This document shows, piece after piece, positions 9,984 through 19,975 of a stretch of DNA of 64,000 nucleotides. The stretch comes from an uncultured Gammaproteobacteria bacterium (GTDB lineage: Bacteria; Patescibacteriota; Microgenomatia; 2-02-FULL-39-11). Every line of letters begins with the position of its first letter. Positions within the stretch are counted from its first letter, which is position 1. The position numbers and the translations under genes were made by a program. The stretch is taken from contig CAZJBV010000001.1 in the NCBI GenBank assembly GCA_964544585.1, positions 119,717-183,716 on the forward strand, given 5' to 3'. The notes below the pieces were generated by a model. That model worked only from the letters and a program-made list of their open reading frames with translations. It searched no databases and was not told where the DNA came from.

Positions 9984-10061
9984 AGGCTCCCATTATAGCA
10001 TCGAAAAATAAACTCACACGGCTTTAATTTAAGCCGTGTGAGCTAAACTTTGTTCATTTTA

Positions 10062-10256
10062 TTACATTGCCGGACCCTGCGAAGGAGGTGCTGACGGTTG
10101 GCCACCGCCGGTATTGCCAGTATCTCCACCTGATGGCGGAGGTGTAGGTTGGGGTGGAGGCGGCATTGGACCTGAATCTCCCGGAGGAGTTGGTTGTGGT
10201 CCACCCGGAGTTTGACCTGGCATACCTGGAGCTGGTGCATTTGGATCTTGCTGCAT
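10062..10256 (-). CDS. Small Pro/Gly-rich disordered protein
   Basis: Strong SD GGAGGTGA upstream; about 64 aa of low complexity. Confidence 0.6.
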   Translation of the reverse strand: MQQDPNAPAPGMPGQTPGGPQPTPPGDSGPMPPPPQPTPPPSGGDTGNTGGGQPSAPPSQGPAM

Positions 10257-10437
10257 CAATAATCACCTCCCTTCAAACGGGACAAAACCTATCGGTTTTT
10301 TCCCGACGATTTTCCCTAATTTGAATTTGCAAAGGGGAAAAATTCCAATCCACCCCTTTGCAAAGATTAGAACCTGTTTTTGTTTCTTTATTCTTCTTTA
10401 CAGTGTACTAAACGATCTCAGATTATACAAGAGTGAA

Positions 10438-10749
10438 TTATTTATTTAATTCATTTTCCATCCAGTTTTTGGCATCGCTATTTACTCTGGTTATGGGAGT
10501 TGCCGTCAAAACAAATGTTTCATAACTATGAAGTTTTTTTATTTCTTTTTCTATTTTTTCGAAATCAGATTCACGCCCATCCATCGTCAGTAATATTTCA
10601 TTTGCCTCTTCAACTTTTTCTTTCCACGGATATATTGAAGAGACAGGAATCCGTTTGGTGCAGACGACAAGATGTAATGAAATCAGGTGCGAAGCAATTT
10701 TTTTTGCTTCTTTATCACTCCCGCACGTAAGAAAATAGATGGCAAACAT
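10438..10749 (-). CDS. cutA: Divalent cation tolerance protein CutA
   Basis: SIYPW...E..E and LHSYET motifs. Confidence 0.85.
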   Translation of the reverse strand: MFAIYFLTCGSDKEAKKIASHLISLHLVVCTKRIPVSSIYPWKEKVEEANEILLTMDGRESDFEKIEKEIKKLHSYETFVLTATPITRVNSDAKNWMENELNK

Positions 10750-10774
10750 ATACTAAATTTATTATACAGGAAGA

Positions 10775-11818
10775 TTAAAATGAGATGATATCGAGAATTG
10801 CGTTTAGAGGGTCTTTATTTTCTTGTAACAGCTCACCGGTTTCGGCGGAAACTATAACTTCTTCTTTTATAGAAACAGGAATTAATCCGAGAAGTTTTTG
10901 ATCAGAAATTCCACTAATTTCATAAACGGGTAGCTCATTTTGAAAACCTAATTCTATGACGCCTTGAATATTTGTCAGGCTTCCCTCCAAAACTTGGGAA
11001 GTTATGGCTTCGGTTCCCAAGCGATCGATGACATTAGCGGCAAGCATATTTTGTATTGCTTGATCGGGTAATATGGCAACTTCTTTGGTGCCGGCTGGTG
11101 TCGTAACTGTCAAAATATTTGTAGCCAGATCAACAGAGAGAGGAAAATTGGTTTGGGCGGCAAATTGTCCCCTGGAAAAAACCATTCTGTCACCGCCAGC
11201 AGTTGCTATTTTGACGACATTTTGATCCAATCTTTCTTCGATCTTAAATAATTCTTGTTCGCCAAGTTCGGATTCGGTGCCATCCTCATTTTCTGCTTTA
11301 ATGATGAGCCTGCCGTCTTTGGTTTCAAAGCGTACTTTTACTCCACCTGAATAAATATCTGTTCTAGTCTCACCGTCTTTAATTCTAGTTTTTATTTTTT
11401 CATCTTCACCAAAACGAATTTCAGTTTTTTGATCTTCTTGTCTTATTCTAATGCCTGATGTTGGCTGAACTGATTGTGTATTCTGGGATCCTGATGAGCC
11501 GTCTGAGGATGAGCCAGATGATCCGGAACCGGATGAGCCGGAATTATCATCGGAACTACCACCGTCGCCTGAACCTGAACTATCTCCCCCTCCACTACCT
11601 GACGAACCGCTACCTGATGAGCCACTTCCAGACCCACTTGATCCTCCACTATCTTCGCCTTCTTTAGCGTATACGGCGCCTAAAATATTGTCGTCTTTGT
11701 ATATGAGCTGACCTTGGCCGTCAACATACCATGCAGCAGAGATCTTGGTGGGAATAAAAAATGGAAAGGGAAAAAGAATAATTAGAAGAAAAATAAAAGC
11801 CGTATTCTTTTGGGACAT
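10775..11818 (-). CDS. Secreted hypothetical protein with Gly/Ser-rich linker
   Basis: N-terminal hydrophobic segment, SGSG tract, C-terminal KLLGLIPV...VSAETG. Confidence 0.75.
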   Translation of the reverse strand: MSQKNTAFIFLLIILFPFPFFIPTKISAAWYVDGQGQLIYKDDNILGAVYAKEGEDSGGSSGSGSGSSGSGSSGSGGGDSSGSGDGGSSDDNSGSSGSGSSGSSSDGSSGSQNTQSVQPTSGIRIRQEDQKTEIRFGEDEKIKTRIKDGETRTDIYSGGVKVRFETKDGRLIIKAENEDGTESELGEQELFKIEERLDQNVVKIATAGGDRMVFSRGQFAAQTNFPLSVDLATNILTVTTPAGTKEVAILPDQAIQNMLAANVIDRLGTEAITSQVLEGSLTNIQGVIELGFQNELPVYEISGISDQKLLGLIPVSIKEEVIVSAETGELLQENKDPLNAILDIISF

Positions 11819-11850
11819 TAATTAAGTATAGATTGAGAAAGATTATCGTG

Positions 11851-12663
11851 TCAAGAATTTGACCGGAAGAATTCGAGGGTGGTGCATTTGACCGATCCTC
11901 CGCCTTTGAAATATTCATTCATAGGTGTTTCAAAAACTTTTAATCCTTCTTTTTCCAGTGTCCTTTTTATATCTTTACTCATTCCCTTCCCTACAATTAC
12001 GGCATCATCGGTTGCTACTATATTACAACAAAAAAATGGGTTATCTTTTTTAGAAACTGTTATTACTTTGCGAAAATTCTTTTTTATTTTATCGATATCA
12101 TCATTTGAAAATGATGCTGGATGGATTATAACTTTGCCTTTTCCTAGAGGGGCAAAGCAGGTATCGAGGTGAAAGAAGTATGGATCTTTTTTTACCATAA
12201 AAGTAATAATTTTTTCTCCTAATATATTTTCAAGATGTCCGATTGCTTTTTTAGATGTTCTCCTGCCGTAGGCTGCGAAAAATTTACCATCTCTAAAAAA
12301 TAGATCACCTTGACCTTCAAAGTAGACATTTGATGGAAGAGTGGCTATTTTAAATTTTTTTTGGCGGAATAATTTTTCGGCAAAGTCCGATTCTTTTCTC
12401 CTTTGCTGGTAGCGGAAATTGGCTTTAATGAATAGATTGTCAATGACAAATCCGCAATTGGCAGTGTAAACCATATCAGGAAGGCCGGGTTCCGGATCCA
12501 TGATCCAGACATCAAGTCCGATTTTTTTGTAAATATTCTTGAGATTATCGAATTCTTCATGGGTTCTCTCGGGGTCGACTTTATTTTCCACGTGCATCCA
12601 GGGATTTATCTCGTATTCAATTTGATAGTATTTGGGCGGACACAAAAGGACTGTGTTGATCAT
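11851..12663 (-). CDS. Amidinotransferase / dimethylargininase-family protein
   Basis: YEINPWM, LPDMVYTAN, FEGQGD, HLDT, GGGSVKC. Confidence 0.9.
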   Translation of the reverse strand: MINTVLLCPPKYYQIEYEINPWMHVENKVDPERTHEEFDNLKNIYKKIGLDVWIMDPEPGLPDMVYTANCGFVIDNLFIKANFRYQQRRKESDFAEKLFRQKKFKIATLPSNVYFEGQGDLFFRDGKFFAAYGRRTSKKAIGHLENILGEKIITFMVKKDPYFFHLDTCFAPLGKGKVIIHPASFSNDDIDKIKKNFRKVITVSKKDNPFFCCNIVATDDAVIVGKGMSKDIKRTLEKEGLKVFETPMNEYFKGGGSVKCTTLEFFRSNS

Positions 12664-12708
12664 ATTAGATAGGAATATACTACTTATGACGCATTAGTGC
12701 AAAAATGA

Positions 12709-12750
12709 CCTGCCTGCCGGCAGGCCCGCCTGCCGGACGGGCAGGCAGGT
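12709..12750. repeat. CCTGCC...GGCAGG nested palindromic repeat
   Basis: cctgcctgccggcaggcccgcctgccggacgggcaggcagg between divergent genes. Confidence 0.75.
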
Positions 12751-12797
12751 TGACATCGGATATTTGAAAGGACTACAATTTTATTGAAATACGTTCT

Positions 12798-13820
12798 ATG
12801 AAACACACTGGTGGAATTTTCAATTTTCTATTTCCAAGGAAGAATGGCGCCAATGGACTTTCTGATGTGATAAAAAAAAATGCCGATCAGTCGGGATCTA
12901 AAGAGCATTTTCAGCAAATATCAATTCAAAAGACGAAGTTGACTGTCATCCGGCAACCAAAAGAAGAGCACGTAGAATTTTTACGCGATAATTATCACAT
13001 CCATCCAATCCATCAAGAAGATGTTCTGTCAGCGGTGCAAAGACCAAAAATAGACTTTGAAGACAATTATATTTTTTTTGTGCTCCATTTTCCCTGGTTT
13101 AATGAAACTACTCAACGAATTGAATCCAGAGAAATTGACTTTTTCTTTCTGAAAACTGATTTGGTGATTATTATTAATGATGATTATCCTCCGCTTGAAG
13201 AGATACTGGATGTAATTTTACATGAATCAACTGTTAAAGATAGATATTTTGCCAAAGGAGCAGGATTTCTTCTATATCGAATCATTGATAACCTGGTTGA
13301 TACAATATTTCCGCTGGTAGAACAAATAGAAAGAAGTCTAGAACAAATTGATAAAGATGTCTTTACAAAAACAGCAAGGCATGTAGTCAAGAAGATATCA
13401 TTTTTAAGAAGAAATGTTATCTATTTCCAAACCATGGTTAAGCCAGAAATGAATTCATTTAGAGCCATGGAAGAAAAGCCTCATCCCTTGATAAATAAGG
13501 AATTGAAAACATATTTTTCAAATGTGACTGATCATTTTAAAAAACTCTTTGATAGGCTGGAAGATGCAAAAGAATTGACTGATAATTTATCATTAACATT
13601 TGAAAACTATTTATCTTTTCGGACAAATGAAACGATAAAATATCTGACTGTTTTTTCGGCTATTCTTATGCCATTAACGCTTCTTACAGGCGTATATGGA
13701 ATGAATTTGAGATTTCTACCTCTGGCTTCCGATCCTAAGGCAATATTTTTATTTATGGGAATAAGTTTTGTGATAGTGGTATCAATGCTATCTTATTTTC
13801 GCTTTAAACATCTCATATGA
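12798..13820 (+). CDS. corA: CorA-family magnesium transporter
   Basis: YGMN signature, two C-terminal TM helices, QRPKID. Confidence 0.92.
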   Translation: MKHTGGIFNFLFPRKNGANGLSDVIKKNADQSGSKEHFQQISIQKTKLTVIRQPKEEHVEFLRDNYHIHPIHQEDVLSAVQRPKIDFEDNYIFFVLHFPWFNETTQRIESREIDFFFLKTDLVIIINDDYPPLEEILDVILHESTVKDRYFAKGAGFLLYRIIDNLVDTIFPLVEQIERSLEQIDKDVFTKTARHVVKKISFLRRNVIYFQTMVKPEMNSFRAMEEKPHPLINKELKTYFSNVTDHFKKLFDRLEDAKELTDNLSLTFENYLSFRTNETIKYLTVFSAILMPLTLLTGVYGMNLRFLPLASDPKAIFLFMGISFVIVVSMLSYFRFKHLI

Positions 13821-14170
13821 GGCTTTTGGCAGAATGGATAATCAAAGCTTTTATACTCCTGATTACAACGAGATTGGTCCCTGGATTTACTATAGATTCA
13901 TGGCTGACTGCCTTGGTGGTAGCATTGGTTTTGGGAATACTCAATACTGTGTTGAAACCTATTTTGGTCCTTCTTACGCTGCCGGCAACTATATTGACTC
14001 TTGGACTATTTATGTTTGTAATCAATGCCGTGCTGTTAATTTTAACGTCAAAGTTTGTAACAGGATTTCAGATTGAATCCTTTGGGACGGCGATCATTGC
14101 TTCTATTGTGATTTCCTTACTTTCTCTATTGGTAAATATGGTATTTAAAAGCGAAGAAAAAAACTCTTGA
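13817..14170 (+). CDS. Four-TM membrane protein, YvlD/phage holin family 4
   Basis: LN..LKPIL..LTLP...LTLGLF..VINA. Confidence 0.88.
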   Translation: MRLLAEWIIKAFILLITTRLVPGFTIDSWLTALVVALVLGILNTVLKPILVLLTLPATILTLGLFMFVINAVLLILTSKFVTGFQIESFGTAIIASIVISLLSLLVNMVFKSEEKNS

Positions 14171-14693
14171 GAACTTTGATTGCCTCTTCTGGATTTTTTA
14201 CGTACTGAAAATATTGGCCGAAATTGTGGTTTAAAAATCCTTCCGCACGCATTTTTTCCATGACCTGACCAAAGGGAATAAAATAGTCATCGATAAGAAT
14301 GAGGGGTTTGCCCTCGGGTACCTCCCCTTTCCTTTTAAGCGCTAAAACGGCTACTATCTCGTAAATAGTGCCAATACCACCGGGTAGTGAAAGAAAGGCG
14401 TCTCCGAGATTTAATAATTTTTCTTGACGAGGATTGAGGGCATCAAAAAGTAGATGTTGTGTAGCGTATGTGGAATGTACTCTGCCTGGAATTTGGAGTC
14501 TGACACCGATAGTTTTTCCCCCATTTTCAAAGGCGCCTCTCATGACTTCATTCATTAGACCTGGACCTCCTCCTGTGACTGTAACAAAGCCATTTTGTGC
14601 CAATAATTTCCCCATTTTGTAAGCCATGGTGTAATAATAATTTTCTCTTTCTTTTTTGACCTCATTGGCGGCAAAGACGACGATATTTCTCAT
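14145..14693 (-). CDS. LOG-family nucleotide-binding protein
   Basis: TGGGPGLM and PGGIGTIYE. Confidence 0.9.
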   Translation of the reverse strand: MRNIVVFAANEVKKERENYYYTMAYKMGKLLAQNGFVTVTGGGPGLMNEVMRGAFENGGKTIGVRLQIPGRVHSTYATQHLLFDALNPRQEKLLNLGDAFLSLPGGIGTIYEIVAVLALKRKGEVPEGKPLILIDDYFIPFGQVMEKMRAEGFLNHNFGQYFQYVKNPEEAIKVLKSFFLRF

Positions 14694-14882
14694 TAAGAAC
14701 TCCTTTCAAAATCCCATTTCTACTGCAAGCCTCTATATTCGGCTGCAAATGGTGCAAAATTCCTAGAAGTATATTGCCATATACTCCGTCGTCATTTCTT
14801 ACCATTTTCGCTCGAATATAGAGTCTTTCGCTACGAAAGCGGGATTATGAAATGAGTTCTGTTTCTGTATTATAATACTTTT

Positions 14883-15149
14883 ATGCCTTATATAAGAAAA
14901 GAAAAGAGACCAGAGGTGGATAAAATACTTGATCCTCTCATTGTATACCTTAAATCAAAACCGATGGAAGAGCAGGATGGGATAGTTAATTATGTAGTTT
15001 CCAAAATGATTTGGAGTTTATATCCTAAAAAATATTTTCACCTCAACCGCGCTCTGGGAGTCCTGACGGCAATTACTCATGAACTTTACCGCCGCATCGT
15101 TGCCCCATTTGAAGATGAGATGATTAAAGAAAGAGGAGATATAAAATAA
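14883..15149 (+). CDS. Conserved small hypothetical protein
   Basis: MPYI...ELYRR..APFED...GD pattern; TATAAT 6 nt upstream. Confidence 0.75.
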   Translation: MPYIRKEKRPEVDKILDPLIVYLKSKPMEEQDGIVNYVVSKMIWSLYPKKYFHLNRALGVLTAITHELYRRIVAPFEDEMIKERGDIK

Positions 15150-15720
15150 CTATTTCCCTTGTGCTGTCTTAAGGGCCTTTGCCCACCAGAGGAGTTCGTC
15201 TAAAAGATTTTGCAGTCGTTCATTAAAGTGACCTTTGAGTAGGTTTCCGTTTTCGTCTAAAGTATCTAATACATAACTTATATGAATTGATTGGCTTATG
15301 GGGGCCATCTGAAGTTCTATACTGGTAAGTCTTAGCTGTTCAACAGCGCGAATGCCTCCGGCTTGGTTGGGAGAATAACTTATAAAAGCAACCGGTTTTT
15401 TATTCCACTCGTAATAGACCCAGTCCAGGGCATTTTTTTAAAACTCCCGAAGTTCCGTGATTGTACTCCGGGGTTATTATAATAAATGCGTCTTTCTCAC
15501 CTATCTTGGCTGCCCATTTTTTAGCAAACTTATTTGTATATTTGCCTTCCAGTCCTTCGGGAGAATTTGATTCGTTGTAAAAAGGCAATGGGTAATCTTT
15601 CAAATCAAGGAGTTCGAATTCTATGCTTTTAAATTTTGGCAGTTGGGACATGAGCCATTTGGCGACTCTGCCTCCCCTTCTTATTTCCCTAATGCTGCCA
15701 AGAATTACGCCGATTTTCAT
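15150..15720 (-). pseudogene. NADPH-dependent FMN reductase split by a +1 frameshift
   Basis: GSIR..R, TPEYNHG..GVLK, then NALDWVYYEWNKKPVAF...GGIRAVEQLR in another frame; break at A7 run 15433-15439. Confidence 0.85.
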
Positions 15721-15744
15721 GGGGGTATTATAGCAAATTTCGTT

Positions 15745-16068
15745 TTACAATTTTTTAGGTTCTAGTAATAGAAATACTGCTCTTTTTTTGGCCACAGGAC
15801 AATGTTTTATTCCCTTGGGGACGACGTAGCCTTCACCCTCTGCCAGCTCTATATTTCCCTTTTCCGTCTGAATTGTAACTTTGCCTTTATAGATAAGAAA
15901 GAATTCGTCATAATCGTGAGTATGCCAGTGAAATTTTCCTTTTACTGCAGCCGCCTGTAAAACCCAACCGTTCATAGACGCAACATCTATCGGCGACCAA
16001 TACTTTTCTCCTAGCTTTCTATCGATATCTTTAAGATTATATTTTGGAGGAAGTTTTTTTACTTTCAT
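15745..16068 (-). CDS. Cupin-domain protein
   Basis: WSP, F.WH.H...DEFF, VVPKGIKHCP; real start downstream of the tRNA. Confidence 0.88.
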   Translation of the reverse strand: MKVKKLPPKYNLKDIDRKLGEKYWSPIDVASMNGWVLQAAAVKGKFHWHTHDYDEFFLIYKGKVTIQTEKGNIELAEGEGYVVPKGIKHCPVAKKRAVFLLLEPKKL

Positions 16069-16086
16069 TGGCGATATAATTTTTTG

Positions 16087-16157
16087 CTGCGGGACTTGGA
16101 CTCGGACCAAGATTACCAGATTCAGAGTCTGGCTGCCTACCATTAGCAGATCCCGCA
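16087..16157 (-). tRNA. tRNA-Gln(CTG)
   Basis: Cloverleaf: TGCGGGA/TCCCGCA acceptor, CCAGA-CTCTGAA-TCTGG anticodon arm, CTTGG-TCCGAGT-CCAAG T arm; CCA not encoded. Confidence 0.93.
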
Positions 16158-16237
16158 ATTTGTTATATTTTATCAAATTGAGGCTGAGATTACACTTTTT
16201 TATCCCTAGCGTAGCAGTGTTACAATAAGCACATTCT

Positions 16238-16513
16238 ATGGCAAATAAAAAATATTGGTCGGGGTATGTAACTAAACATAGTTTTGCGCTGGATTTGGAA
16301 GAAGGAGTGTTTACTTGGGATGATCCGAAGAAAATAGCTGCCTCACTTAAGAATTCTGCTGAGGACAGCACTCGACGCAAAGCATCACCATTTCAATCGG
16401 CAATGTCGATGCTTAATTTTTATATAAACCGGGCGGGCAAGAATCTGAAACCGGAGAGAAAATCTGTCTTGGAAAAGGCAAAGATGGAGTTGAGAAAACT
16501 ATATAATAGATAA
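16238..16513 (+). CDS. DUF3175-like protein
   Basis: WS..VT..S.ALDLE.GVFT, SAMSMLNFYINRAG.NL. Confidence 0.85.
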   Translation: MANKKYWSGYVTKHSFALDLEEGVFTWDDPKKIAASLKNSAEDSTRRKASPFQSAMSMLNFYINRAGKNLKPERKSVLEKAKMELRKLYNR

Positions 16514-17365
16514 ATGATCAAGGCGATAATACTGGACGTGGATGGAGTGATTGTAGGAGAAAAGATTGGTCACAATGCACCACATCCGCATGCTGAGGTG
16601 GTGCAGAGATTGGTGGAACTAAGAAAAAAGGGTATCGGTGTAGTTTTGTGTACCGCCAGACCTCATTATTCAATTCAAAAAATAATTGATGATGCAAAAC
16701 TTAATAACTTCCATATTACAGCCGGCGGTGCGGTGATCATTGATCCATTAGATAAGAAGATCTATAAGGCTTACCCTATCCAAAAGAAACAGGCAATACA
16801 AATTATAGAGACTTATTTGAATGAACAGGCATATACCGAACTTTATACTGTCGATCGTTATTTTATCCAAAAAGATCAGCAATCAGAGATCACAAAAAAA
16901 CATACTTTTACTTTGCAGAAAAATCCACAGATAGTTCCGTCTCTTGTAAGTGTGGCAGAGAAATATGAGACTATTAAAATACTGCCTATTGCTAAAGATC
17001 AATCCGATAAAACTCGACTGACACAAATTTTTAGACCTTTTGAGGGGGTGGCAACCTTGAGTTGGGGTATTCATCCTGCAATTGCCCCTTTGCAATTTGG
17101 AAATATTACTGCTGCCGGAATATCAAAAAGAGAATCGGCTATGGAGGTGGTGAAGTCTCTTGATCTTTCGTTTTCAGAAGTACTTGGAATTGGAGATAGT
17201 ATGAGTGATTGGCAGTTTATGGAACTTTGCGAATATGCGGGTGCAATGGAGAATGCGAGTGAAGAACTGAAAAAACTGGTTTTGGCAAAGGGGAATAAGG
17301 GATACGTTGGCAAGTCTGTTGATGAAAACGGAATTTTGGATATTTTAAAGTTTTTCGGGATTTAA
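16514..17365 (+). CDS. HAD-superfamily hydrolase, Cof-like
   Basis: DVDG, CTARP, K, GDSMSD motifs. Confidence 0.9.
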   Translation: MIKAIILDVDGVIVGEKIGHNAPHPHAEVVQRLVELRKKGIGVVLCTARPHYSIQKIIDDAKLNNFHITAGGAVIIDPLDKKIYKAYPIQKKQAIQIIETYLNEQAYTELYTVDRYFIQKDQQSEITKKHTFTLQKNPQIVPSLVSVAEKYETIKILPIAKDQSDKTRLTQIFRPFEGVATLSWGIHPAIAPLQFGNITAAGISKRESAMEVVKSLDLSFSEVLGIGDSMSDWQFMELCEYAGAMENASEELKKLVLAKGNKGYVGKSVDENGILDILKFFGI

Positions 17366-17838
17366 TTTAATATAATAATTGATACGTTGAGGAGGGAGGC
17401 AAAACTTACCCAGAAAAAATATGGAATGAGTAAATATGCCGCAACTTTGGATATTTTGGAAAATTTTAGAATAGTCAGAAGGATAAAAATCCAGAGAACT
17501 ATGATATCAATAAAGCCGAGTATTGGAGAGTGCAGTCCAAAAAAGAGAAAAGACCAGAGGGAATTTAGAAAAAGCTGGATGACGAAAAATAAGAGTGCTG
17601 TTTTGACTAAATTTTTGTTGATTCCTCTTTCCCATATTAGATAGGCCGCGTAGCCCATCATAAAATACAGGACAGTCCAGACGGGACCGAATATCCAATT
17701 TGGAGGTGAGAAAAAAGGTTTGGCGAGGGTTGCATACCAGACAGGAATTGCATTTATGGTCACGGGAGTAGCTATGAGTCCAACTAATTCGCACAGTAAA
17801 ATTGTAAATATCAGCCTGGCAGGGTGTTTTACTCGCAT
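17362..17838 (-). CDS. tspO: TspO/MBR tryptophan-rich sensory protein
   Basis: WY..L.KP...PPNWIFGPVWT.LY, LN.LWS.LFF, PY..W. Confidence 0.93.
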   Translation of the reverse strand: MRVKHPARLIFTILLCELVGLIATPVTINAIPVWYATLAKPFFSPPNWIFGPVWTVLYFMMGYAAYLIWERGINKNLVKTALLFFVIQLFLNSLWSFLFFGLHSPILGFIDIIVLWIFILLTILKFSKISKVAAYLLIPYFFWVSFASLLNVSIIILN

Positions 17839-17859
17839 AATTTTACTATACTATATTTA

Positions 17860-19026
17860 GTGAAAAATATTTTAATTCTATTTGCTATTTTAATTTTTAT
17901 AGGAGCGGGAGGATTTTATTTTTGGACATCGAAGAATAAAAATACTCCCCCTTCCCCCATTCAACAAATTCCTTCTGTTTCTCGCGAAAAAATAGATAGT
18001 GAAAGTCCACCTATAGCAGTAGTAGCAGAAAATCTTGAAGTGCCATGGGCAATTGCTTTTTTGCCTGCCTCGCCGGCAGGCGGGCCAGACGGGGGAATGC
18101 TTGTAACAGAAAGACCAGGAAGAGTGAGATTTATTGATAATGATGGAAAACTAGATTCTACTCCAGTTGCGACTATAGATTCTGTCAATGCCGTTGGAGA
18201 GGGAGGACTGATGGGAATTGCGCTCCATCCAGATTTTGAGAAAAATCAATATGTATATCTTTACTATACTTATGATGGAAGTGGTAATAATACTTCAAAT
18301 CGATTGGTGCGGATGAGATTTGAAAATAATCACTTGGCAAACGAAGAAATTTTGGTAGATAGTATTCCAGGAGCAAGCAATCATAACGGAGGAAGAATAA
18401 AGTTTGGACCGGACGGATTTCTTTATATAGGAACGGGAGATGTCCAAGAGCCGTCACAATCACAGAATAGAAATACACTGGGAGGAAAAATTTTGAGAGT
18501 TACAGACACTGGTAAACCGGCGCCAGGAAATCCATTTGGAAATGAAGTTTACTCTTATGGACATAGAAATGTGCAAGGACTGGCGTGGGATAGTCGCGGC
18601 CAGATGTGGGCGACGGAACACGGACCATCAGGAATTTGGCCAAACTGTTGCCAGGATGAAATAAATCGAATTGAACAGCAAGGAAACTATGGGTGGCCTC
18701 AAAGTGTCGGAGATAAAGTTGCCGCTGGAACTGTTGGTCCTATGTTTCATTCAGGAAGAGATATTTGGGCACCGAGCGGCGCTTCCATTGTGGGAGACTC
18801 ATTCTTTTTTGCGGGTCTACGAGGAGTCACTTTGTATGAGGCAGTTATAGAAAATGGGGAGGTCACTGAGGTAAAAGAGCATTTCAAGGGACAATTTGGA
18901 AGATTGCGGGAGGTAGTTGTCGGGCCTGATAATATGCTTTATATAACAACTAGCAATAGAGATGGAAGGGGCAAACCTCAAAGCGGTGATGATAAAGTAA
19001 TAAGAGTGAATCCTAATCTTCTTTAG
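17860..19026 (+). CDS. PQQ-dependent soluble sugar dehydrogenase (YliI/GdhB family), membrane-anchored
   Basis: PW..AFLP, VTER.G, HNGGRI.FGPDG, YSYGHRNVQG, TEHGP; GTG start at 17860. Confidence 0.9.
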   Translation: MKNILILFAILIFIGAGGFYFWTSKNKNTPPSPIQQIPSVSREKIDSESPPIAVVAENLEVPWAIAFLPASPAGGPDGGMLVTERPGRVRFIDNDGKLDSTPVATIDSVNAVGEGGLMGIALHPDFEKNQYVYLYYTYDGSGNNTSNRLVRMRFENNHLANEEILVDSIPGASNHNGGRIKFGPDGFLYIGTGDVQEPSQSQNRNTLGGKILRVTDTGKPAPGNPFGNEVYSYGHRNVQGLAWDSRGQMWATEHGPSGIWPNCCQDEINRIEQQGNYGWPQSVGDKVAAGTVGPMFHSGRDIWAPSGASIVGDSFFFAGLRGVTLYEAVIENGEVTEVKEHFKGQFGRLREVVVGPDNMLYITTSNRDGRGKPQSGDDKVIRVNPNLL

Positions 19027-19074
19027 TCCCCCTTTTAACATTTAAGCGTTTTTTCAGAGTGGTCCTGTAATATA

Positions 19075-19404
19075 TTGCCAAGATTGGATGTAGAGAAAGT
19101 ATTTGATGAGCACCATCAAGAAATGCAGGCAAAAATGCAGGAGCAATTTGAACAAAGACTCTCTCAACTTGTAAGTGAGGAGAAAATTACAGAGGCCCAA
19201 AAAGAGCTAATAATCAAAAAGCATGAAGAGTTGAAAGCAGAAAAAGAGTCGCTCATGGAGGCGGGGAAAGATAAAACGCCTGAGGAAAGAAAGGCTCTGA
19301 TGGATGAACACAGAAAAGAACTGGAGACTTGGGCAGAAGAAAATGGGATAGATCTTCAATATATAATGTTTGGAAAGATGGGATTTGGTAATAGAATGAT
19401 GTAG
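19075..19404 (+). pseudogene. Probable 5'-truncated fragment of a helical secreted protein
   Basis: TTG start, no signal peptide; begins mid-domain (V.KVFDE ... GKITEAQK-like motif). Confidence 0.45.
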
Positions 19405-19457
19405 AAGTGATACTTGAGGGGAGTTGTGGTGGTGGGAAAGTGATAAAGTCCTTAAAA

Positions 19458-19748
19458 TCAGATGGGTTCTAAACTGCTGAGATTTGAGACTCCGAAAAAA
19501 GAGGACGCAATAAGAGTTATGGACCATAGAATGAAGGTTCCAATTAAAAGCGCCCATCCAGCTAGACTCAAAAGAGTTTTCTTCAAATATTTTTCTTTAT
19601 CATCCTGGGCCTGGCTAGAAATTAATTTTATGAGAAAAATAATTGCTAAGGGACTACCTATTATAATCCACAAAAATCCAATTAACGCTAAGATAATTAA
19701 TATAAGACTGAATCCCGCTAATACTATTGATCCAAATGTTGGTGTCAT
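19458..19748 (-). CDS. Small membrane protein
   Basis: Hydrophobic 96 aa ORF with ATG start. Confidence 0.6.
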   Translation of the reverse strand: MTPTFGSIVLAGFSLILIILALIGFLWIIIGSPLAIIFLIKLISSQAQDDKEKYLKKTLLSLAGWALLIGTFILWSITLIASSFFGVSNLSSLEPI

Positions 19749-19935
19749 TTCTTTTTTATTTAATTATAATATTATAACATTCTGTTGATATAATCACTTT
19801 TTATGAAAAGCTATAGAGAGTTTGCGCTGGAATTGGCTTAAAGAGCTAAGGAAAATGCTGAAGTGTACTTGAAAGTTATTAAACAAGTCTTGTAGATAAA
19901 TAGATTACAATTAATAAAAATGACTTTACAAATAC

Positions 19936-19964
19936 TTGACAATTAATTTTTGTTAGTTTACAAT
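19936..19964 (+). promoter_or_regulatory. Sigma70 promoter
   Basis: TTGACA-N17-TACAAT, 11 nt before ATG 19976. Confidence 0.75.
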
Positions 19965-19975
19965 TATGATTACCT

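Noticed and set aside
11475-11655. Quasi-periodic repeats as a possible CRISPR array
   Set aside because: They encode a Gly/Ser linker and have no repeat-spacer structure; no CRISPR array or cas gene was seen in the window.
13817-14170. Holin-family gene as prophage evidence
   Set aside because: The YvlD-type family is commonly chromosomal, and no phage genes are nearby.
14694-14860. Possible gene remnant or RNA between the LOG gene and 14883
   Set aside because: No convincing frame or fold could be identified by eye.
16069-16380. N-terminal extension of the cupin ORF
   Set aside because: It runs through tRNA-Gln and antisense to the DUF3175-like gene; the real start is 16068.
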